64,000 bases of DNA from Sphyrna mokarran. Lineage: Eukaryota. Where the stretch lies: the NCBI GenBank assembly GCA_024679065.1, contig JAGIQG010000012.1, positions 66,030,001 to 66,094,000 on the forward strand. Reading direction: 5' to 3'. The notes below the pieces were generated by a model. That model saw only the letters and a list, made by a program, of their open reading frames with translations. It did no database searches and was not told where the DNA came from. Positions 59,001-64,000 of the stretch are shown here, in pieces (the stretch's first letter is position 1; each line of letters opens with the position of its first letter). A program made the translations under genes and the position numbers.

Positions 59001-61457
59001 CTGACACAAATATAGTTTGGTCTCTGCTATGTTAACTGATTTTTGATGGAGTCACCAGTTAACTGAACTATAGTCAGGAGAAATAAGCTGGAATTCTCAC
59101 TCCTGCTCGCTATTCCTCAGCTATGAAAAGTGCAATTATGAATCTGAATGTAGACCAGTTAAAATTCAGTTTGATTTCTGCTCCATTCCCTTCATCTTTT
59201 CCATATTTAAATACCTTGATATTCGCAGTCCAGATGCAATTTGATAAATAATCAGCTTTCCAGAGTCAGTTTTTTTAATATCAGACATTTCACCCTTATT
59301 TTTGGAAATACTTTTTACTTATTATCAAATTGCAAACTGTAAAGCAATTTGGGAAGTACAGTTGGTGGGAGCATATGCGTTTCTGTGCAGTACAAACTCA
59401 GCAGCTGAGAGGTGCAAATCTGAGGCTTGATAGCATCGCACTGGCATGAAAGCACAATTACAGCCTGACAAGCTTCAATGTGAAACGAGGTTGCATAAGC
59501 AGTTTCCATAACAAATGTGGGCATAGCAATTTATAATGGAAAACAATGTTTTAATAACTTGCTAGTCAGTTAGTGTAGTGTTGCATGTGGAAATCTGGAT
59601 CAAGTGCAGTACTCAGATTAAACAGGGAGGAGGATAATTGTGCCAAACCCAAGGTAGGACTGATATGATTTGAGAAAGGACAGAAATCGTATGATGGATT
59701 ATTGGGAGGAGTTACAAGCAATTGAAAATGTTTGCGGGAAGGGGAAATGGGATTTGGGCCACAAACGAGACCTGCGCTAAGGAACAGGTAGGTAGAGAAA
59801 ATTGAAGGTCACAGGAGGTGCAAAAACAAGGGAGAAAGAGAAAGAGACTACACAAATTGAATTCTGACATTACTGAGTTGCACAGAAAAGCATGGTGCAT
59901 GAGTCAGAGAAGACATTTGGTGGGATATAATTCAAGGGATGTCAGTTGTCTTTTTAATATTAACCTATTGGCTGAAGTATAATTTTGCAGGCTAATTAAG
60001 TCCTGCAACAATTATGCATGGCACAGGATATTCTCTTTATTATAATTTTGACTTGTGGATAGTGAATGAGTTCTGAAACTTTTTTCATGTATAATTAATG
60101 ATATTTTGGAGAATATTAACTGTCAAAGCATACTGCATTGAGAATTGAAGTTGCATAATCCCACTCTTGACTGGAGGAAAGTCTCCCATATCTCTGGCTG
60201 TTAAAAGACCAAAGAGAAAACTGATTTCTGCAGGGTCAATCTGTATCCACTTGGACATGAGCCAACAACACAAATCTGCCTTTAATTTGTTTTCCAGAAG
60301 GCTACAAAGGTTAGGTGGTATGGAAACTGAAAATGTCACAAGAAGCCTGACAGATGGTGCTTAGTATGGGGGTGGCCTCTGTTTATTGCATTTAACATTC
60401 AATGTACTTTTACTGTGGAAGTTCTCTTTGATATCACCGAGTACCAAATGAAAAGCCTTGCCTTTGCAAGGAAATTTCTATTGATTCATATATAAAAATA
60501 TAATGGGAATTTATTTGTTCCTGTTACCATTTTTATCTTTAGTGTTCTTCTCTTTCAAAGATTTATGTCGTCATTTGGTGTCTCAAGTCCATTCTAATGT
60601 TTTTCATGACTTGAATCACCTGGTCTATGCCTTCTCTCAAAACTATTCAATTGGTGCTTTACCGCAATCAACTTTTCTAATTGAAGGTTAGAATTCAATT
60701 AGAAAATTGAATTTTCTCTTAGAAAGAAGAAGGTTGAGTTGTGACTTGATAGCAGCCTTTAAAATTATGAAAGGATCTGATAGATTGGAAACAGAGAGAA
60801 TGGTCCAGATCTTCTGTGTAACAGCAATGATAGGTGGATTGCTGTAGCAGTTGAAAATTCCCTGCGCTGCTGCACAATTTGACTTTCATGGATTTTAACA
60901 CTGCCTCTGCTTTTGTATTCTCCAGAAACAAGGCTGTGTCTACTGTGGTGCCATCTTTATAACCTGTATATCTATATTGCAAAGTCCCTCCAAAATCTTG
61001 TTATTTACATTGCTTTATTTTCCTATCCTTAATGTAAAATGCATCACTTCACATCTCTCTGCACTGGACCTCAACAACTACCTTGCTAATCTTATTAGCT
61101 CCTTCAGTCTTTCATAACCCAAGTCACACGTGGCTTGCTGTTCCCAAAATTTGATGTCATCAAACTATATTATTCCTTCAGTTCCCAATGCAGATCGTTT
61201 AAGAGTCATAAATACATGGGCTCAGGATGGAACTTCACTCCTTATACATTTTATTCCAAGTGACCCCAAAATTATTTTCTTTTGTGTCTCAAATGAACAT
61301 CTTGATTTAAACAGAGGAAAATAATGACTGGCGGAAAGCTGATGCAACATGGACCAAAATGCAGGAGGAAAATGTGATACCTCGAGAGAGGACACTTCGA
61401 TTACTTGCTGAAATCCTCAAGACCAATGGCCAGGAGATTCCATTTGAAGTTCCTGAG
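10916..61457 (+). CDS. LRPPRC: LRPPRC, internal part (17 exons, ~human exons 12-28), 1685 nt spliced, open frame
   Basis: All introns are GT-AG and the phases chain without a stop. The translation includes [104 protein letters not shown] and [23 protein letters not shown], which match human LRPPRC as recalled. Confidence 0.97.
11160..11433 (+). mobile_element. CR1 3' fragment
   Basis: AGAGGACAC..GGTAATTGGCAAAAGAAG ORF2 end and CATTCTGTGATTCCATG tail. Confidence 0.7.
11686..11822. mobile_element. palindromic Penelope-derived short repeat
   Basis: Inverted arms AAATGCTGGAAAATCTCAGCAG (11687-11708) and CTGCTGAGATTTTCCCGCATTT (11758-11779); related to 53225-53320. Confidence 0.6.
12007..12100 (+). 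CDS. LRPPRC: LRPPRC exon (~13), 94 nt
   Basis: gtaaag|GAA...ATGT|gtaagt; [31 protein letters not shown]. Confidence 0.92.
12292..12510. mobile_element. palindromic Penelope-type pLTR insertion with 10-bp target-site duplication
   Basis: 83-bp inverted arms 12328-12410 and 12427-12509 (3 mismatches); GTGAAGTTAC at 12282-12291 and 12511-12520; hammerhead-like cores at the centre. Confidence 0.8.
13057..13126 (+). CDS. LRPPRC: LRPPRC exon (~14), 70 nt
   Basis: tggcag|TG...AAAAG|gtaagt; (L)[22 protein letters not shown](R). Confidence 0.92.
13793..14058 (+). mobile_element. V-SINE/HE1-type SINE
   Basis: Homologous to 17-305. Confidence 0.8.
14846..15522 (+). mobile_element. probable solo LTR
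   Basis: TG...AACA ends, TATA-like cctataa at 14941, internal GT tract; no clear TSD. Confidence 0.4.
15975..16095 (-). mobile_element. RTE-like 3' end fragment
   Basis: CTGTCCCTCAATTCAAGGATGA resembles the reverse complement of RTE 3' ends as recalled. Confidence 0.4.
17041..17068 (+). CDS. LRPPRC: LRPPRC micro-exon (~15), 28 nt
   Basis: ctgcag|GTCT...AAG|gtaagt; (R)SKDIDFLAK; bridges phase 2 to phase 0 as required. Confidence 0.88.
17629..17686 (+). CDS. LRPPRC: LRPPRC exon (~16), 58 nt
   Basis: ctcag|ATA...TCTG|gtagtg; [19 protein letters not shown]. Confidence 0.94.
18221..18327 (+). CDS. LRPPRC: LRPPRC exon (~17), 107 nt
   Basis: ttgcag|AAG...ATG|gtacca; (E)[35 protein letters not shown]. 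Confidence 0.96.
18531..18608 (+). CDS. LRPPRC: LRPPRC exon (~18), 78 nt
   Basis: ttgcag|GAT...AAG|gtagtt; [26 protein letters not shown]. Confidence 0.95.
19973..20263 (+). mobile_element. V-SINE/HE1-type SINE nested in the LINE
   Basis: Homologous to 17-305. Confidence 0.85.
21797..21904 (-). mobile_element. 108-bp 3' stub of the young CR1 subfamily, nested in the LINE
   Basis: Near-identical to the reverse complement of 3655-3762. Confidence 0.92.
22544..23277 (+). mobile_element. probable solo LTR nested in the LINE 5' region
   Basis: TGTGACA...CTGAACA termini, AATAAA at ~23139 and ~23154; LINE-like sequence on both sides; no clear TSD. Confidence 0.55.
23331..23600 (-). mobile_element. 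V-SINE/HE1-type SINE nested in the LINE 5' region
   Basis: Reverse-complement homolog of 17-305. Confidence 0.85.
24256..24312 (+). CDS. LRPPRC: LRPPRC exon (~19), 57 nt
   Basis: tttcag|GAT...AAA|gtgagt; [19 protein letters not shown] (phase 0-0; human DAHLLVE.. region). Confidence 0.85.
24950..25600 (-). mobile_element. old L2-like LINE 3' fragment
   Basis: ATATAGC...CGTCCCAAAGCACTT..GACCAAAAGCTT resembles an L2 tail on the minus strand. Confidence 0.5.
25708..25821 (+). CDS. LRPPRC: LRPPRC exon (~20), 114 nt
   Basis: ttatag|GGA...GAG|gtaaga; [38 protein letters not shown]. Confidence 0.93.
26555..26860 (-). mobile_element. CR1 3' fragment
   Basis: GGAGTAGG..CTCTGCCATTCAATAAGATCATGGCTGA, reverse of a CR1 3'UTR; homologous to 40765-41410 and 57130-57490. 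Confidence 0.7.
26966..27494. repeat. 199-bp inverted repeat, 131-bp spacer
   Basis: Arms 26966-27164 and 27296-27494, 7 mismatches counted, no indels. Confidence 0.95.
27495..27700 (+). mobile_element. Penelope-type pLTR relic with decayed hammerhead
   Basis: ctgt-TGCTGA-gt-agaag-ac-GAA-AAGCTT-T-gacag at 27614-27647; homologous to both 10.4 and 10.7 kb copies. Confidence 0.6.
28921..29214 (+). mobile_element. V-SINE/HE1-type SINE
   Basis: Homologous to 17-305; A- and B-box-like motifs present. Confidence 0.88.
29470..29945 (+). mobile_element. 3' fragment of the 19596-23873 LINE family, interrupted by a Penelope-type pLTR piece (29682-29808)
   Basis: Matches the reverse complement of 19620-19955; the insert AAATAAACTTGTTGAACTTTAACCTGGTGTTGTGAGACTTCTTAC is homologous to 12463-12508. 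Confidence 0.8.
30030..30455 (+). mobile_element. CR1 3' fragment (old)
   Basis: Decayed ORF2 end and 3'UTR similar to other CR1 ends in the window. Confidence 0.55.
31255..33060 (-). mobile_element. decayed RTE-clade LINE
   Basis: ORF 31189-31686 gives [11 protein letters not shown]...[28 protein letters not shown], typical of an RTE C-terminus; upstream RT relics (YLGS, AFIDLTK.F, GISL....GK). Confidence 0.8.
34665..34947 (-). mobile_element. V-SINE/HE1-type SINE
   Basis: Reverse-complement homolog of 28921-29214. Confidence 0.85.
35040..35350 (+). mobile_element. 3' fragment of the 19596-23873 LINE family
   Basis: Homologous to 29575-29935. Confidence 0.75.
35395..35785 (+). mobile_element. 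CR1 3' fragment
   Basis: L.LFSLE.-like ORF2 end and GGCTGAATGGCCTCCT 3'UTR stem. Confidence 0.7.
36002..36354 (-). mobile_element. tRNA-headed SINE sharing both ends with the 19596-23873 LINE
   Basis: 36070-36354 is collinear with 23602-23873; 36002-36060 is collinear with the LINE 3' end at 19605-19675. Confidence 0.75.
37422..37552 (+). CDS. LRPPRC: LRPPRC exon (~21), 131 nt
   Basis: ttctag|AAT...AAGT|gtaagt; [43 protein letters not shown](V). Confidence 0.96.
37821..37906 (+). CDS. LRPPRC: LRPPRC exon (~22), 86 nt
   Basis: tttaag|GGAC...GAAG|gtaagc; [28 protein letters not shown]. Confidence 0.95.
39022..39229 (+). CDS. LRPPRC: LRPPRC exon (~23), 208 nt
   Basis: ttgtag|AAG...GATCA|gtaagt; (E)[68 protein letters not shown](Q). 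Confidence 0.96.
39790..40465 (+). mobile_element. old L2-like fragments
   Basis: CAGCTAAATATT.GGAAAA, GAACCAGACTGTTCACAACCT and TTTGACCAA..AAGTGCCTTGG L2-like motifs. Confidence 0.5.
40765..41410 (-). mobile_element. CR1 3' fragment
   Basis: ORF 40944-41156 [31 protein letters not shown]...RTRG. Confidence 0.8.
41640..44900. promoter_or_regulatory. candidate conserved non-coding element cluster (intron ~23)
   Basis: >3 kb with no recognisable TE in an otherwise TE-dense gene; homeobox-type motifs; conservation not tested. Confidence 0.35.
43878..44022. other. assembly gap (145 N)
   Basis: Run of N. Confidence 1.
46130..47400 (+). mobile_element. decayed CR1 RT + 3'UTR
   Basis: [22 protein letters not shown] (FADD) and HLEYC relics. 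Confidence 0.8.
49537..49661 (+). CDS. LRPPRC: LRPPRC exon (~24), 125 nt
   Basis: tttcag|GGGG...AAAG|gtaatt; [41 protein letters not shown]. Confidence 0.95.
51306..51412 (+). CDS. LRPPRC: LRPPRC exon (~25), 107 nt
   Basis: ctgcag|CT...GAG|gtgaga; (A)[35 protein letters not shown]. Confidence 0.96.
52265..52620 (-). mobile_element. old CR1 3' fragment
   Basis: Similar to 61575-61950 and 26555-26860. Confidence 0.5.
53494..53880 (-). mobile_element. young CR1 3' fragment, sister subfamily of 2287-3763
   Basis: ORF 53585-53830 [31 protein letters not shown]...; (AGAACAT)3 tail; possible AATTA TSD. Confidence 0.93.
57038..57106 (+). CDS. LRPPRC: LRPPRC exon (~26), 69 nt
   Basis: ctacag|ACG...CAA|gtaagt; [23 protein letters not shown]. 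Confidence 0.95.
57130..57490 (+). mobile_element. CR1 3' fragment beginning ~25 nt after an exon donor
   Basis: AGGGGTCACAGTTTCAGAATAAGG..CAGATCAGCCATGATCT..GGGCCAAATGGCTTACTCCT. Confidence 0.8.
57718..57808 (+). CDS. LRPPRC: LRPPRC exon (~27), 91 nt
   Basis: cttcag|ATT...TTCA|gtgagt; [30 protein letters not shown]. Confidence 0.96.
61315..61457 (+). CDS. LRPPRC: LRPPRC exon (~28), 143 nt
   Basis: aaacag|AG...GAG|gtactt; (K)[47 protein letters not shown]. Confidence 0.96.
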
Positions 61458-61574
61458 GTACTTATTTTTAACCAAAAATGATTTAATTTGCATTCCTTAA
61501 ATTTTAATGAAAGCATAATCAAAATATACAGTTGTTATTGAATTTCTACTTAATACCCTACTTCACAAATTTAT

Positions 61575-62640
61575 GTAAGGACAAGTATAGATCATTCAGC
61601 TGCTTCAGCTTGTTCTGCTCTTCAACTAGCTCATGGCTGATCTGTACTTCATCTGCTTGCTTTTCTTCCATGATTCCTTGATACCTTTTGCCTGAAAGAG
61701 TCTGATCTCAACCATGAATATTTTAATTGGCTCAGGACTCAGCAACCCAAAGAGGATTGGAGAGGGGTGGGTGCGATCCCAATTTTTCAGTTCCCTTTGT
61801 GGGGAAAAATGCTTCATCATTGCAATCCTAAATTGTCTATATCTAGTTTGAAGAGCTATCTTGTTCTGGATTCCTCCAGCAAATGAGAGAATTTCTCTTT
61901 ATCTACCTAAACAAATCCCTTCATCTTTTAAAGTACTTTGATATCAATATCTCTCAATCTTACAAATTCAAGGAAAGGAAGACAAATTGATGCAACCTGT
62001 CCTCATAATTTAGCCCTGTAAGTCTGAAACTAATTCCAATCAATCTGCATTTGTACTCCTTTCAAAATTAATGTATCTTTCTTGAGGTTTAGAGCCCAAA
62101 CTGAATTTAGTATTTCAAATGGGGTCTGACAATGGTTGCCTACAACTCAAGCATCACTTCCTTACTTTGGAATTCCATTTCTTGAGATGAAGGCCACCAA
62201 GCCAATAACCTCTCTGATTACAGCTTATGCACTAGATTTTTTTTATTTGTGATAATAGACACCTAAATACTTTTCTTCCTACATAGACGTTTGTCTCATA
62301 CTATTAAAGAAATGCTCTGACTTGCCTTTCCCACATCAGAAAGGGATAACCTATTTCCCTACATTTTTCTCCATCTACCCTAGTTTTGTCCATTTACTTG
62401 CTCCTTTTTTCCCTTTATAATTTCTTCTTCCCATTGACAGTATTTATCAGAAGTCAGGAAGCAGCATGTCATCTACCAGTATAGATAAGAAATTCTATTC
62501 CTTCAACTCTTCTGAGTATTCCAGTGATGATGTCCCAATGCAGATTCCTACTGAACCCACTTGTCACATTTCACCAACTAGAGAAGATATCTTTCACTCT
62601 TTTTATTGGTACACTACCTCCTAATCAATTACCGAGCCAA
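61575..62640 (-). mobile_element. decayed CR1 fragment
   Basis: CATGGCTGATCTG 3'UTR motif followed by decayed ORF2 on the minus strand. Confidence 0.6.
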
Positions 62641-63011
62641 TATAACTTACGTTTGCAGTTCAAATGTCAATGTGGAAACTACTGAAAGCTGACTGTTCGC
62701 AAACAGCGACTTGCAAAAATGAATGAAACCTTCATATAAAATCAACTTTATCTGCTTAAGCACAAAGAATTGGGATGATTGCATAACTTGAAAATGCTAC
62801 AGAGCCATGAGGCTTCTCTCACTACTTTGCTGAAATATTGGTGACTGCCTTCAGCTGCAGAGACATTTGGACTCTGAAATCCTGTCCCTAAACCTCTATA
62901 CCACTTATAAACTTGAGGTCATCCAAAACTCTGCTGACCGTGTCCTAAATCATATTAAGACCTGTTCACTGATCACCACTATGCTTACTGACCTAAGCTG
63001 GTTCCTAGATC

Positions 63012-63293
63012 TTAGAATCCTTACAGTGCAGAAGGAAACTATTCAGCTCATTAAGTCTGCACCAACAACAATCCCACTCAGACTCTTTCCCTGTAACCCC
63101 ATGTATTTATCCTGTTAATCCCCCTGACACTGGGGGACAATTTAACATGGCCGATCAACGTCATGCACACATCTTTGGACTGTGGGAGGAAACCCATGCA
63201 AGCATAGGAAGAATATGCAAACTCTACACAGACAATCTCCAAGATTGGAATTGAACCTGGGTCTCGGGTGTTGTGAGGCAACAGTGCTCACCA
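63012..63293 (-). mobile_element. HE1-type SINE with CR1(HER1)-like tail, inserted in an L2-like fragment (62880-63830, +)
   Basis: Same head and core as the other SINEs but the tail reads TTAGAATCCTTACAGTGCAGAAGG on +; flanking ATCCAAAACTCTGCTG and CTCCTTGAAACC..AAGCTTTTGG L2-like motifs. Confidence 0.75.
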
Positions 63294-64000
63294 GTCCTGG
63301 TTAAGCAGTTTTTCAATTTTAAAATTCTTATTATTGTTTTCAAATCTTGGTTTCACTGCTTCCTATCTTTGTAATTTAATTTATGCCCATAATCTTCTGA
63401 GATATCCATTTTTCTCTAATTTTGGTGTCTTTGCGTTCTCAATTTTAATGATTCTGCCATTGACTGACCATAGTCATCTGTTGACAGGCAAGAATTTGTA
63501 AATGAATGAAACTTCTGTATAAAATTGCAATCTTACCTGTCTTAGGCAGTGGTACTGAAATTGTTACATAAATTTTGAAAGCCTTCCCCATTTTCTTCAC
63601 CGAAACATGGATGGCTATGCCTTCAGCTGCCAAGGTCTTAAACTCTGAAGTTCCCTCTCTAACTCTGTCCATACCTCGAACTTCCTTTCCTCCTTTAAAG
63701 TGCTCCTTGAAACCTAACTCAAATCAAGCTTTTGGCCATTTACCCAATATCATCTAATGTGGCTCAGTGTCAATTTTTACCTGATAATGTTCGTATGTTA
63801 AAAGTGCTTTTTTAATGTAGCTTTTTATAGGCTATAACGAATGTTAAAGTAGATTGCTGCCAGTATCTGAGCAGCATTGCTGGAGTCATCTGCACTAGCT
63901 GTCAGTTAGCAGCATGTGTGCGATTAAAGTCAAAACAAGAAGATAAAATGTCTTTAAAACACAATGCCTAACCTAGAGAATAAGAAAAGGCCATCCGGTC

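Overview
Vertebrate genomic DNA, almost certainly a shark or ray, judged from its repeat families (V-SINE/HE1-type SINEs, CR1 with a GTTCTAT tail, Penelope-type pseudo-LTRs). The whole window lies inside one + strand gene, LRPPRC (mitochondrial leucine-rich pentatricopeptide repeat protein). I traced 17 consecutive GT-AG exons from 10916 to 61457. They total 1685 nt, splice into one open frame and match human exons ~12-28 as recalled; the gene start and end are outside the window. The introns contain: a decayed Ty1/copia-like LTR element with nested CR1 and MITE insertions; a ~4.3 kb EN-RT LINE with a tRNA-like 5' head, plus a short SINE made of that LINE's two ends; an RTE relic; many CR1, L2 and SINE fragments; three families of Penelope-type repeats with decayed minimal hammerhead ribozyme motifs; several inverted repeats; and repeat-poor, CNE-like blocks. 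There is a 145-N assembly gap at 43878-44022. Most ORFs in the supplied track are noise or TE fragments. Repeat family names and human comparisons come from recognition and recall, not from database searches.
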